Shown here piece by piece: positions 47,868 to 57,806 of a DNA stretch of 64,000 nucleotides. The position numbers were made by a program, and so were the translations under genes. The stretch is from Candidatus Poribacteria bacterium (GTDB taxonomy: Bacteria > Poribacteria > WGA-4E > PCPOR2b): positions 4,068,770 to 4,132,769 of the forward strand of contig CBDCUX010000005.1 in NCBI GenBank assembly GCA_965222805.1, given 5' to 3'. How positions within the stretch are numbered: the first letter of the stretch is position 1; each line of letters starts with the position of its first letter. The notes under the pieces are model-generated. The model had not been told where the DNA came from, made no database searches, and worked only from the letters and a program-made list of their open reading frames with translations.

Positions 47868-49061
47868 TTACCCTTCAGAATCTTGGTAGAATTTCATCAA
47901 GATTTCTGCAACTTCAGGACGTGAAAACTCCGGCGGCAACATTTCACCCGCTGCCAGCATGTCCCTGACCTTCGTCCCCGACAGGAATAGGTAATCTTCC
48001 GGTCCGTGTGGACAGTCACGCATCATCACAATCTCACCACACTGATTACACCAAACGGTATGATCGCCCCGAAAGATTTCAATTTCGAGCGCGCCTTCGG
48101 AGATGTCATCAAAAATGGTCTGTGCATCAAACGGTCCATAGTAATCCCCAACCCCCGCGTGATCTCGACCAACAATCAGATGTGTGCAGCCACAATTCTG
48201 TCTGAACACCGCGTGTAACACAGCCTCGCGGGGCCCAGCGTAGAGCATATCAAATCCGTAACCGGTAATTGAGACGGTGTTTTCAGGGAAATACAACTCA
48301 ACCATTTTGCGGATGGAAGCGTCGCGGACATCGGCGGGAATATCACCCGGCTTCAACTTCCCAAGCAGCATGTGAATCAGGATTCCGTCGGCACCCACTT
48401 CGTTTTGTGCGATTGTGCACAACTCCTCATGTGCGCGGTGCATCGGGTTCCTTGTTTGGAAAGCAACAACTGTATTCCATCCCCGTTTCTCGATATCCTC
48501 TCGGATTTCGGAGGCGGTGCGGAAGGTATCAGGGAAGTCAGATCTGAAATAAGAATAGTTGAGCACCTGGATAGGTCCAGAGATTACCTGATTCCCCATA
48601 TCAGTAAAGGCTTCCACACCGGGGTGTGTCGGATCCGTTGTCCGAAAGATCTGCTCAATCAGGTAGGTTTTCTGGTCGTCCGAGATCTCTTCAATCTCTG
48701 AAACGTCCATGACAGCGATTGGCGGTTGACCGTCTACGTTTGGATCAAGCAACGCAATTCGTTCAGCGTTTTTAATCGCATCATTGACCTGTTCCGCCTT
48801 GACGATATTCATCACTGGGACGGGCCAAAACAGACCGCCCGGCAGCGTCATATTTTGGGCGATACTTGCGGCTTCGGCGAGGTTCATATAGCCGGTAAGT
48901 GGATTAAAATAACCTGAACCGAGCATCACCGCAGATGCGGCAGCTCCTGAAGAGATAAGGATAGCTGGTAGGTTTTCAGCTTCTTTAATCAGCGCTGCAC
49001 GCTCAACATCATCGGCAACGTAAAGGGGATTCAAAGTATCAGAACCGTGTGGTTTAATCAT
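47868..49061 (-). CDS. sat: Sulfate adenylyltransferase (ATP sulfurylase)
   Basis: QTRNPMHRAHEEL and GRDHAGVG motifs. PUA-like N-domain. Confidence 0.88.
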   Translation of the reverse strand: MIKPHGSDTLNPLYVADDVERAALIKEAENLPAILISSGAAASAVMLGSGYFNPLTGYMNLAEAASIAQNMTLPGGLFWPVPVMNIVKAEQVNDAIKNAERIALLDPNVDGQPPIAVMDVSEIEEISDDQKTYLIEQIFRTTDPTHPGVEAFTDMGNQVISGPIQVLNYSYFRSDFPDTFRTASEIREDIEKRGWNTVVAFQTRNPMHRAHEELCTIAQNEVGADGILIHMLLGKLKPGDIPADVRDASIRKMVELYFPENTVSITGYGFDMLYAGPREAVLHAVFRQNCGCTHLIVGRDHAGVGDYYGPFDAQTIFDDISEGALEIEIFRGDHTVWCNQCGEIVMMRDCPHGPEDYLFLSGTKVRDMLAAGEMLPPEFSRPEVAEILMKFYQDSEG

Positions 49062-49287
49062 TCAGTGCTCCTTGGATAGATAATAGAATAACACAAGCTG
49101 TTATCTTATTCGCTTCGAGAAATTTTGAGTTTTGTCTCATCGCAATTATAATATCGAATTTATGCCTCATTGTCAATCGGTTTCTCGGCTTCACCTGTTC
49201 CAACTTTTTGTAAATTAAGATTCGACTGTTGCCATTTTTCACGCTGCGACCTTGTCTCCCTTCTCGGAAAAATTTTCCACACATTTC

Positions 49288-50396
49288 ATATCTAAATAGG
49301 ACTTACGCAAGTTTCATCTGAATAGCGGGCGATTTCAATTGTTGTCGCAAGTATTGGGAGAATAAACTGTGCTTGACTTGATAAATGGTTTGGTCTGTCT
49401 GATACGCGACTTGTTTGAGTCGCACCCAAACCAACATTGCACAACCGATGTGATTGCGAACAATTCGTGCCAAGCGACATTGACACCCCTCCAGACCGGT
49501 CAACTGCTTGGCTTCCCGGTGAAACTGCTCAATCTTCCACCGCCGGTTACACGCTTGTTGTGCAACCGATGTGTCGTTTTGAGCTAAGTCGTTGGTAACA
49601 ACATAATCCGTGCGCCCGTTACCGGACGCAACCCGGAAAAGTTTCACCTTGTGATGCTTGGCAAAGCCTCTGATTTTAATCCGTTTCCCGCGTCGGCGTT
49701 CACACTCGGTCCACTGCAAGCTATCTACACGCTGGTAAGGCGTTTGGGCATTGGAGTCGTCTACCTGACGATTCGACTTCAGCGGGCAATAGTAATGTTT
49801 GTCTAACTGTTCAATGGATAGCATCAAATCTTTGGCGGCATACCAGCTATCCATCAACACCGTTGAGAACAAAAGCCGCTTGTGATAGACCGAGTGGGAT
49901 AACATCTCTTTAACATGATCTAATTTGCGCTTGCCATCTGTCTGTGGGTCGTAAATACGGTAGTCAATCACCCAGAAACGATCTAAGTCGGGATTGACAT
50001 AGACACAAGTCACCACACCTATACCGTTAATGACACCTTTGGCGTTGCCGCTATACTGAACACGCGCTAGTGCTATGTTCCGAGCGTAGCGCTTATCCAA
50101 AACGGTGTCATCAAAGATGACATATCCCCCTTCTGTTTGCACAAGGTGGGGTTTGACATTTTCCCATACCAAGCGTGGGCGGATACGCTCACCGGCAAGA
50201 TAACGGTTTATCATATCATGACTGAACTGTTGGCTATGGTCAGCCAAATGGGTTAAGGTATAGTTGATGGGGCTACTTAACAAATACTGACAGTAATCGA
50301 GTCGAGTCGGTTGGGGCATATTCACCTCCATGCCACTCATTCTACTGTGTTTCAACAATTATGTCTATCGATTTTGCGTAAGTCCTATCTAAAGCT
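49288..50396 (-). mobile_element. IS element (IS4/IS701-like) with imperfect terminal inverted repeats of about 20 bp around the core TTGCGTAAGTCCTAT
   Basis: Left end CTAAATAGGACTTACGCAAG (49292-49311) is the reverse complement of right end TTGCGTAAGTCCTATCTAAAG (50375-50395). A single transposase ORF lies between them. No clear target-site duplication identified. Confidence 0.7.
49303..50358 (-). CDS. DDE-type transposase (IS4/IS701-like family)
   Basis: 351-aa ORF filling the IS. Conserved D...D...E-type spacing (DDTVLDK ... MDSWY ... KIEQFHREAK). Confidence 0.7.
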   Translation of the reverse strand: MLKHSRMSGMEVNMPQPTRLDYCQYLLSSPINYTLTHLADHSQQFSHDMINRYLAGERIRPRLVWENVKPHLVQTEGGYVIFDDTVLDKRYARNIALARVQYSGNAKGVINGIGVVTCVYVNPDLDRFWVIDYRIYDPQTDGKRKLDHVKEMLSHSVYHKRLLFSTVLMDSWYAAKDLMLSIEQLDKHYYCPLKSNRQVDDSNAQTPYQRVDSLQWTECERRRGKRIKIRGFAKHHKVKLFRVASGNGRTDYVVTNDLAQNDTSVAQQACNRRWKIEQFHREAKQLTGLEGCQCRLARIVRNHIGCAMLVWVRLKQVAYQTDQTIYQVKHSLFSQYLRQQLKSPAIQMKLA

Positions 50397-50565
50397 ACCT
50401 CAACGATAAACGTTCAAAAAACAGAGTTAAATAAATATTTCCCGAAACTTGACCTTGATACTTAACGTATGTTATGGTAAAATAGTATCTATCATCTCAT
50501 TTTTTGGTACGATTTAATCTATAGCTGTGATGAAACGCGATATCATTAGAAAGGGAAAATAACGC

Positions 50566-52299
50566 ATGGCAACCCAAGAAGCAAAATGGACGAAATTGGC
50601 GGATTTGAGCGAGGTTCCCGTTGGAGAAGCGAAGGCAGTGCGGATAGGTGAAGGGCGGAGTATCGCACTGTTCAACGTTGACGGCAAACTCTATGCGACT
50701 GACAACCAATGCCCTCACATGGGTTATCCGCTGACACGCGGACGCATTCGACGCGGCATCCTCACCTGCGATTGGCACGAGCGAAGCTTCGACCTTGAAG
50801 GGGGTGGCTGTTTCAACGTTGAGTGCGATGATCTGCAAACCTTTCCCGCCGAAGTACGGCACAACGAGATTTGGGTTCAACTCGGCGATTTGACCTATAG
50901 ACGGAAGGCAGAGCATCTCAACCTATTGTGGGAAGGACTTCTGAGCGGAGACCGCTGGACGATGTCAAAGGCGATTGCCCTACTCCTTAAAGGGGGCGTG
51001 CCGGAAGTAGAGATTGTCGAGTTAATTCTACGACATCTTGGGCGACATATCGCTAGCTCGCACGGATCGGAGGCGGGTTGGGATATCGCTCGATTGATGA
51101 ACGGACTTTCGGTTGGGCGACGATATAAAGACGCGGATCGGCTGATTGCGATGACGACCGCTGCGTGTGCTGCCTCCGGCGGAGCTGCTGAACGTCTTGA
51201 AGTTGTGCCGTTGCCGGAGCCGGTAGCTTGGGAGAATATCGACCCGTGGATACGCAGCTTCTCACGCGACGGTCGCTCTGGACGCATCGAGCGTTGCCTC
51301 TTCACCGCCTACACGCTCGGCGATGCGGATAAAGTTCTGCCCCTCCTTTTTGAATGCACGGTTGAGCCGCACTTTCTCGGCTTCCCGGATAATCTCATTT
51401 CGCTCGGTTATCTCTCCGAAGCGGTTGATGAATTTGGCTGGGAGAAAGCCTTTGAACTGGTCTTCAATCTCGGTGCTCAGCTGGTTGGGCGTGGGCGTGG
51501 GGAACCACAACGGTTTCGCCGAGATGCCATCGGTATCATGAGAGAGAAACTCGGTGAATTGGATGGCTCGGATAACGCAGCAACCGATTATGACGAGGAT
51601 GCCTTTGTAACCGCATTGACAAGCGTGGATATTCAGAAGTCATTCGACGCTGTTGCAGCCGCTCTACAAGGTGGTGCTCCAATCGACCAGATCATTTCAA
51701 CATTGGTGATCCTCGCCGCCGACCGGATGGCGCGAACCCCGGTGAATGTGGATGGCGGTTGGGAGTGCCTGACGACGGAACTTAACCTCGCTGCATCACT
51801 CCGCACGGTGCAACGCATTGCGGGTGATACCGCTGCGGCAAAGGGAATCTTCCACGCAGCGTGGCTCATTTTCGACGACCGTTGGCTCAACATTCCGTTG
51901 CGCACATTGACTCCGCCGCCGGTCGAAAGCACACTCAACGTCTCCAATGAGGAGCAAGGCATCCAACAGATTACCAACGCCATTGAAACCCTCAATGTGC
52001 AGTCGGTCGGTGGACAGGTGCTCGCATATCTTAATTCTGGTTATTCTGGCGATACTTTGCTCCGCGCGCTCGGTAAAGCGATCCTCTGGAACGATACTGC
52101 CACCGAAATCCTCCCCACACTCCGCACTATTTTCGATGAATGGAACAATTGTGCCGGACACCCCGCCCGCAATCAACTGCTCGTTGCACTTGCGCGCTAC
52201 GCCACTGACATCCGTACCAACAAGGATAGCGAATCTGCTACAACCACGGCGATGCGTTTTGCGGAAGGACGAACGACGGTGGAGGTTTTTGAAGATTAA
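50566..52299 (+). CDS. Rieske [2Fe-2S] domain fused to a roughly 470-aa uncharacterised C-terminal domain (paralog 1)
   Basis: Rieske boxes CPHMGYPL and CDWHE in the first 100 aa. I recognise no motif in the remainder. Conserved with the paralog at GHPARNQLLVALARYATDIR and ADRMARTP. Confidence 0.7.
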   Translation: MATQEAKWTKLADLSEVPVGEAKAVRIGEGRSIALFNVDGKLYATDNQCPHMGYPLTRGRIRRGILTCDWHERSFDLEGGGCFNVECDDLQTFPAEVRHNEIWVQLGDLTYRRKAEHLNLLWEGLLSGDRWTMSKAIALLLKGGVPEVEIVELILRHLGRHIASSHGSEAGWDIARLMNGLSVGRRYKDADRLIAMTTAACAASGGAAERLEVVPLPEPVAWENIDPWIRSFSRDGRSGRIERCLFTAYTLGDADKVLPLLFECTVEPHFLGFPDNLISLGYLSEAVDEFGWEKAFELVFNLGAQLVGRGRGEPQRFRRDAIGIMREKLGELDGSDNAATDYDEDAFVTALTSVDIQKSFDAVAAALQGGAPIDQIISTLVILAADRMARTPVNVDGGWECLTTELNLAASLRTVQRIAGDTAAAKGIFHAAWLIFDDRWLNIPLRTLTPPPVESTLNVSNEEQGIQQITNAIETLNVQSVGGQVLAYLNSGYSGDTLLRALGKAILWNDTATEILPTLRTIFDEWNNCAGHPARNQLLVALARYATDIRTNKDSESATTTAMRFAEGRTTVEVFED

Positions 52300-52360
52300 G
52301 TCAAACGATCATGAAACTTCTTGAAAAGTGCTTCAAACAGAACAACAAGGGAGATTAATC

Positions 52361-54109
52361 ATGTTGAACACATCATCCAATTTCGTCAAAGTCGCCAATC
52401 TAGACGAACTTGCCGAAGGGAAACCGAGAGCTATTAGAGTTGAAGGGCAAAGCATCGCCCTGTTTAAGCACAACGGCAACATCTACGCCACCGATAATCA
52501 GTGCCCTCACATGGGCTATCCGCTGACACGCGGGCGTGTCCGTGGCGGCGTGCTCACCTGCGATTGGCACGGTTGGAGCTACGATATGGGGGGTGGCGGC
52601 TGTTTCACAGGCGGTTGCGATGACTTATCGACCTTCCCAGTCGAAGTATGTGAAGACGAAATATACATTGATGTCGCCAGCGGCGGAAACAAGCGGGATG
52701 ACGCCCATTTTCTCCTGCTCCAAGAAGGGTTGTTGAGTGGGGACAACTGGACGCTCTCGAAGGCGGTTGCGATTATGCTTGCCAGAGGAGTTTCCGAAGC
52801 AGATGTCCTGAATCGATTAGTGCGACATGGGGGACGACATTTTGTTACTGAACTTGATGCAGGCGAAGGGGGTTGGCAACTCGCGTATCTAGTCAACGGT
52901 GTGAAGGTTGCTAGTCAGTATGAACCGGAGGACCGGCTCATCCCGCTGATGATGGCTGCGTCGGGTGCATCGGGACGGGCAGGAGATCGCCCAGCGATTA
53001 ACCCTCTACCGGGAGAGATAACGTGGGAGAAGTTGGAGAGATGGATTCGCGTCTTCTCTGCTGACCGAGAATGGGAGGGCATCGAAAAGTGCCTCATCAC
53101 CGCACGGCGTCTTGGCGGACATGACGATAAAATCATTCCATTGGCATATGAATGCGTTGTCGAGCCGTTCTTCTTGGGGCATAATGATAGCCTGCTCTAC
53201 GTCGGTTATCTCGCCGAATTGCTCGAACAGTTCGGTTGGGAGGTCTCTGAAGAGTTGGTTTGTAATCTCACGGCGAAAATACTTGGTCGGGGTCGTGACG
53301 CACCGGACGAAATCCGGCGGGAGGCAATCAGCAAGCTAGAATCGTTAGAGGGTTTTATCGCCGATTTAGCCGCCAATCCAGCTACCCCAACAACCGATTT
53401 TGACGAGGACGCATTTGCCGCAGGTGTTGTGAGCGGTGATCTCGACAACACATTCGATACAATTACCGACGCGCTGAAAAGTGGTGTCGAAATCAACCGC
53501 ATCGTTTCGACGATGGTGCTTCTGGGTGCTGATCGGATGGCACGTACCCCAGCCAGTATGAGCCCAGGCTGGTGGGAGTTGGGACGGGAGATTTCCCTCG
53601 CCTCGTCCATCCGTACGGTGTTGCGTGTCGCGGGTTTTGAGGTTGCTGCCAAAGCACTCTATCACGTAGCGTGGGAATTCTTCAGCAACCGCTGGCTCAA
53701 CATTAGGCAGATGCTACTTAGTGCTTCGAGAGGTACAACCACATCAGATGCACCAAACGAACAGGCTGCAATTGAGGAGGTCATCAATACTATTGAAACA
53801 GTTCAGATTCAGGAGGTTGGACGGATGACGCGACAATACCTCAACGGTAGCTTCTCCGCCGACCGGCTATTGTCTGAACTGGGACAATGCATCCTCAAGG
53901 ACGATAAAGGTTGGGATATCCTGAATACATTGCGGACCGCGTTTGACGAGTGGGAGCTGTGCGAGGGACACCCCGCTCGAAATCAGTTACTTGTTGGACT
54001 GGCGCGTTGGACAACTGATGTCCGTAAAAACACCAACAGCGATTCCGCCGCGAGAACCGCGCAGCGATTCGCACGAGGTGAGACAGCCGTTGACCTGTAT
54101 GAACAGTAG
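52361..54109 (+). CDS. Rieske [2Fe-2S] domain fused to the uncharacterised C-terminal domain (paralog 2)
   Basis: ATG 52361 with an AAGGGAG RBS. CPHMGYPL...CDWHG. Collinear with paralog 1 at roughly 50% identity. Confidence 0.7.
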   Translation: MLNTSSNFVKVANLDELAEGKPRAIRVEGQSIALFKHNGNIYATDNQCPHMGYPLTRGRVRGGVLTCDWHGWSYDMGGGGCFTGGCDDLSTFPVEVCEDEIYIDVASGGNKRDDAHFLLLQEGLLSGDNWTLSKAVAIMLARGVSEADVLNRLVRHGGRHFVTELDAGEGGWQLAYLVNGVKVASQYEPEDRLIPLMMAASGASGRAGDRPAINPLPGEITWEKLERWIRVFSADREWEGIEKCLITARRLGGHDDKIIPLAYECVVEPFFLGHNDSLLYVGYLAELLEQFGWEVSEELVCNLTAKILGRGRDAPDEIRREAISKLESLEGFIADLAANPATPTTDFDEDAFAAGVVSGDLDNTFDTITDALKSGVEINRIVSTMVLLGADRMARTPASMSPGWWELGREISLASSIRTVLRVAGFEVAAKALYHVAWEFFSNRWLNIRQMLLSASRGTTTSDAPNEQAAIEEVINTIETVQIQEVGRMTRQYLNGSFSADRLLSELGQCILKDDKGWDILNTLRTAFDEWELCEGHPARNQLLVGLARWTTDVRKNTNSDSAARTAQRFARGETAVDLYEQ

Positions 54110-54449
54110 AGATGCAAAAAAACTGATTTGCCACCTAGTGGTAATTGCTTTATTTCTAAGTCCTATTTCAACTGCACACAGCGTTAGTGTGAAAACACAG
54201 GGGAAATTAGCACTCGTAGCAATTTTAGGCGGCGTTGCGATTCTGACGAAGTACCTCGTTGGACGAGATCAACAGGCTGCCAAAGCACTCCATGCCAAAC
54301 TCGGTCCGCCAGAGCGTGTTATTGAGTTCGAGCGCGGCTTCGATCGGTGGCGGATCGAATGGTATGGAAATCAAAGATATATATTCCAAAACAATGTCTT
54401 GCAGAAAGAACCTCTTACAAAACCAGCTGCGACCTCTGAGGCGTTTTAA
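54099..54449 (+). CDS. Small secreted protein (116 aa)
   Basis: Start ATG overlaps the stop of Rieske paralog 2. Signal peptide MNSRDAKKLICHLVVIALFLSPISTAHS. The track ORF 53943-54449 has a spurious N-terminal extension. Confidence 0.45.
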   Translation: MNSRDAKKLICHLVVIALFLSPISTAHSVSVKTQGKLALVAILGGVAILTKYLVGRDQQAAKALHAKLGPPERVIEFERGFDRWRIEWYGNQRYIFQNNVLQKEPLTKPAATSEAF

Positions 54450-55194
54450 GCCGTTCAAAAGTTGGATCTGGCTCTTACCGATCTGCTTTTTCATTTTGAT
54501 GATAATCGGCTGCAGTGGCGATGAAATCCTAACGCCTCCGATCCGGCATACTATAGAAATTAGCGAACTAAGTCTTGGGAACCGGACTCTAGACCCGGGT
54601 GGCACCACAACGGTTACGGCAACGTTTGGTTATTCGGGAGATGAGGCAGATCTGATTTTCAGATGGGAGGCAAGCAGTGGGCAGATTGTTGGGGAGGCAT
54701 CGAGCGTGACCTACGTTGCGTCGGACGTACCTGGCACGCACACCATCACGCTAGAGTTGACCGACGGGTTTGGAATGGTTGAGTACTCCATTACAGTTGA
54801 GGTTATTGCTCCGCAAACGCTCTTAATAGATTCTGATACCTACTGGGCAGGTCAAGGCGAAACGCTCGTGTTGAGATATCAGGTTAGCATTACGCAGATC
54901 TTGCATCAACCTGTGACACTACGGTATAACATCCTTCAAGATGAAGCTAGGATTGGTGCGTTTTTGAATGTCGAAATCGATGGAACTTTGCTTGTCGAGG
55001 AAGAAGCGATTGGAGAGGTAGATCCTGTCGAAAGAACCGTCATCGTCGGAGAGATTGATGTGTCACGAATTATCACAGGGTCAGGGATGTATGAAATAGC
55101 ACTGACTTTGGCTGTTGTGAACCCTGTCGAGCGTGGGTGGCTGTTACAAAAGGCGGAGATAACCGGAGCAGAGGGCTCAGCAGTTCTGCTGTGA
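54394..55194 (+). CDS. Lipoprotein with predicted beta-sandwich repeats
   Basis: Lipobox LMIIGC after a long n-region. The mature part is T/V/E-rich (TVTATFGYSGDE, HTITLELTDG). Overlaps the preceding small gene in another frame. Confidence 0.5.
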   Translation: MSCRKNLLQNQLRPLRRFKPFKSWIWLLPICFFILMIIGCSGDEILTPPIRHTIEISELSLGNRTLDPGGTTTVTATFGYSGDEADLIFRWEASSGQIVGEASSVTYVASDVPGTHTITLELTDGFGMVEYSITVEVIAPQTLLIDSDTYWAGQGETLVLRYQVSITQILHQPVTLRYNILQDEARIGAFLNVEIDGTLLVEEEAIGEVDPVERTVIVGEIDVSRIITGSGMYEIALTLAVVNPVERGWLLQKAEITGAEGSAVLL

Positions 55195-55251
55195 GGGAAT
55201 AGGCAGTATAGCGCAGGTTGCTAGATAGCCGGTAGGTTGGATTTCCATACT

Positions 55252-55340
55252 CGACACCGAACCGTCGATTTTGGACAATGGACCTACAGGAGTCGGCAAT
55301 GGTCTCTGATGTGTGACCAAAGGGTTGGGAAACCCAACCC
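55252..55340. repeat. Second copy of the GACACCGAA..GTCGATTTTGGA.AAT.GACCTACAG dispersed repeat, plus hairpin GGGTTGGGAAACCCAACCC
   Basis: About 85% identity to 20919-20965. Hairpin at 55322-55340. Confidence 0.5.
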
Positions 55341-55464
55341 CTAGGAAGGACGATGTGTCTGCGCACACCTCTCGATTGTTTGATTGCGATGAAATGTCAA
55401 CAGAACCTAGTAACTTAGGTTAATATAATTCTAGGAGATGCCGTCATAGCTATAATGGGAAAAT

Positions 55465-56517
55465 TTAGGGAAGCACTAGCACCTTTACCGAACCGTGTGC
55501 ATCCCGTCCAGCGGCGATAGCAAACGCCTCCCTAATTTTGTCGAGAGAAAAGCGATGAGTGATCAGCGGTGTGGGGTCAAGTTTACCCGCTCCCATCAGG
55601 TTCAGGGCAATCTGGAACTCCTTTTCCCCTTCACGTCTTCCATAACAGAAAGCCCATGTAACCGTCAACTCACGGCTACGAGCATAGCGAGAGTCTAGTG
55701 TAAAAGGGGCAACATGGCCGCCTACCATGCAGATCTTTCCGCGCTTAGCAGCAATCTCAGTTGCTTGCATCAGTGTGTTTGACCGCCCCCCTACCGCTTC
55801 AAAGACCACGCTCGCCCCCCGGCCGTTGGTCCACGCCTTTACCTCCTCCACTGGATCGGTCGTATCAACATTTATCGGGATGGCCCCAATCATCTGTTGT
55901 GCGATCTGCAAAGGACCGTCGGGCTTACCCAAAATGGCAACTGATTCTGCGCCTGCTAAATCTGCCATCTGAGCGATAGTCAGTCCGATAGGACCGCTGC
56001 CAATTACAGCGACCTGATCGCCGGGTTTCACTGGAACCATTGACAACGCATGGACAGCTACCGCGTAAACTTCAGCTAGCGCACCGGCTTCGAAGGAGAC
56101 ATTGTCCGGCAGGGCGTAAACATTATCCTCAGGTGCTACCATGTATTGGGCAAATCCGCCACCGCGAGCCGTACCGCCGATATGCACCAATTCGGAGCAG
56201 ATGTTATAGTTTCCGCTAAGACATTCTGGACACTCGTTACAAGGAATGGTCGGCTCGACGACAACACGAGCACCACTTTTGTGGTGCACAATCCCCGCTC
56301 CGAGGTCGACTACTCGCCCCGTCAATTCATGTCCGGCAGTTCGCGGTGAGAGCGGCTTCGGGTTTTCCGCATGGTAGCCGTGTAGATCGCTACCGCAGAT
56401 GCCCGTTGCTGCGACCTGAATCAGCACTTCGCCTGGTCCTGGTACTGGATCGGGCAGCGTCTCGAGTCGTATATCCTTCCCACCATAAAATCGTGCGGCT
56501 TTCATGGTATCCTCCAA
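55465..56517 (-). CDS. Zn-dependent alcohol dehydrogenase (sorbitol/threonine dehydrogenase-like MDR)
   Basis: Catalytic-Zn motif GICGSDLHGY, structural-Zn Cys cluster CNECPECLSGNYNIC, NAD-binding GSGPIGL. Confidence 0.85.
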   Translation of the reverse strand: MEDTMKAARFYGGKDIRLETLPDPVPGPGEVLIQVAATGICGSDLHGYHAENPKPLSPRTAGHELTGRVVDLGAGIVHHKSGARVVVEPTIPCNECPECLSGNYNICSELVHIGGTARGGGFAQYMVAPEDNVYALPDNVSFEAGALAEVYAVAVHALSMVPVKPGDQVAVIGSGPIGLTIAQMADLAGAESVAILGKPDGPLQIAQQMIGAIPINVDTTDPVEEVKAWTNGRGASVVFEAVGGRSNTLMQATEIAAKRGKICMVGGHVAPFTLDSRYARSRELTVTWAFCYGRREGEKEFQIALNLMGAGKLDPTPLITHRFSLDKIREAFAIAAGRDAHGSVKVLVLP

Positions 56518-56716
56518 AATCAGTTTATTTTCGTAAAAACTAATTGCCCATAGCTAGAAAATCTTGCCAACCTCTCGTAGCTAGAAGCCTTCCCTATAAA
56601 CCCTATGTGAAAGCACTTGACAGATATGAAAGGATTGAATAAAATCCCAACAACCTATCTCTAATCACCATACCAACTTGACAAGACAGCACATTCTTGG
56701 ACCAACGAGGGACACA

Positions 56717-57748
56717 ATGGATTCAACACAGTCGAACTTCTATGTATACGTTTCCATCGCGGGAGAGAACAAAATTTCTATCTTCAAAATGTCGCCTGAA
56801 ACAGCGGCACTTACCTCCCACGGGGAGGTTACGGTCTACAGCCCACCTAGCATACTCACCGTCCATCCGACCCGGGATGTCCTCTACGCTGCAATCCGAG
56901 CGACCGGAGACATTATGAGTTATCGGGTCGATCGAAACACAGGCCAGCTTGAACTGATGGATACAAGGGTAACAGGATTGGAGGACCCAGCGTATCTTGA
57001 GATAGATAAAACGGGCGACTTTTTGATAATCCCCTACTACGTTCCCGGTAAGGTAACGGTTTACCCCCTTCGGGACGATGGGACGCTTCAAAGTGAGCCG
57101 AGCGATACCCACGCGACCGGTGAACACGCACACGGAGTGGCTATCGATCCATCAAACAGATCTGTATTCGTGTCCCACACCTGTCCTACCAACTCGATCT
57201 TTCAATTCCAGTTTGACTCTAGTGCTGGAACCCTCTTTCCCAACGCGATACCCCAAGTTAGCCCTGAAAGTGAAGATGGACCCCGCCACATCTGCTTCCA
57301 TCCGAATAAGCCCTTCGTCTATGCTGACAACGAACAGGGCAGCAGTGTGACTGCCTATAAATTCAACGCCTCCAACGGCGCACTCAATGCCTTCCAAACG
57401 CTCTCAACACTGCCTGAAGGTTACGATGGTGGTAATTCCTGCGCTCGCTTGGAGATGCACCCTTCTGGAAAATTCCTGTACGCTGCAAACCGTGGTCATG
57501 ATAGCATTGCCGGTTATGCTATCAGTCCCGACGGCTCGCTGGCTTCCACAGGTTATTATCCCACGGAAAAGACGCCGCGTTCTTTCAGGATTGACCCAAA
57601 TGGTAAATTTCTGATTAGTGCCGGTCAATCTGCCAATCGACTAGTTTCGTATCGAATTGATGCAGATGCGGGTTATCTCTATCCTTTGGAAACTTATGAT
57701 GTTGGGAAGGAACCGTGGTGGGTGCTTATCGTAAAAGGGGTGGGTTAG
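56717..57748 (+). CDS. 6-phosphogluconolactonase-like 7-bladed beta-propeller lactonase (3-carboxymuconate cycloisomerase type)
   Basis: 344 aa. Repeating blade signatures (HPTRDVLYAA, HGVAIDPSNRSVFV, HPSGKFLYAANRGHDSIAGY) typical of the Pgl/lactonase family. Confidence 0.65.
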   Translation: MDSTQSNFYVYVSIAGENKISIFKMSPETAALTSHGEVTVYSPPSILTVHPTRDVLYAAIRATGDIMSYRVDRNTGQLELMDTRVTGLEDPAYLEIDKTGDFLIIPYYVPGKVTVYPLRDDGTLQSEPSDTHATGEHAHGVAIDPSNRSVFVSHTCPTNSIFQFQFDSSAGTLFPNAIPQVSPESEDGPRHICFHPNKPFVYADNEQGSSVTAYKFNASNGALNAFQTLSTLPEGYDGGNSCARLEMHPSGKFLYAANRGHDSIAGYAISPDGSLASTGYYPTEKTPRSFRIDPNGKFLISAGQSANRLVSYRIDADAGYLYPLETYDVGKEPWWVLIVKGVG

Positions 57749-57806
57749 CCAACCGCTTGTTACTAGCAACGTCTTACAAGGGATGTGTGATGTAGGAGTG
57801 GCGGCT

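Noticed and set aside
53943-54098. Track ORF 53943-54449 as a 168-aa protein overlapping the end of Rieske paralog 2
   Set aside because: Its 5' part lies entirely within the longer, conserved Rieske-fusion gene in another frame. The signal peptide begins at the ATG at 54099, so the gene was trimmed to 54099-54449
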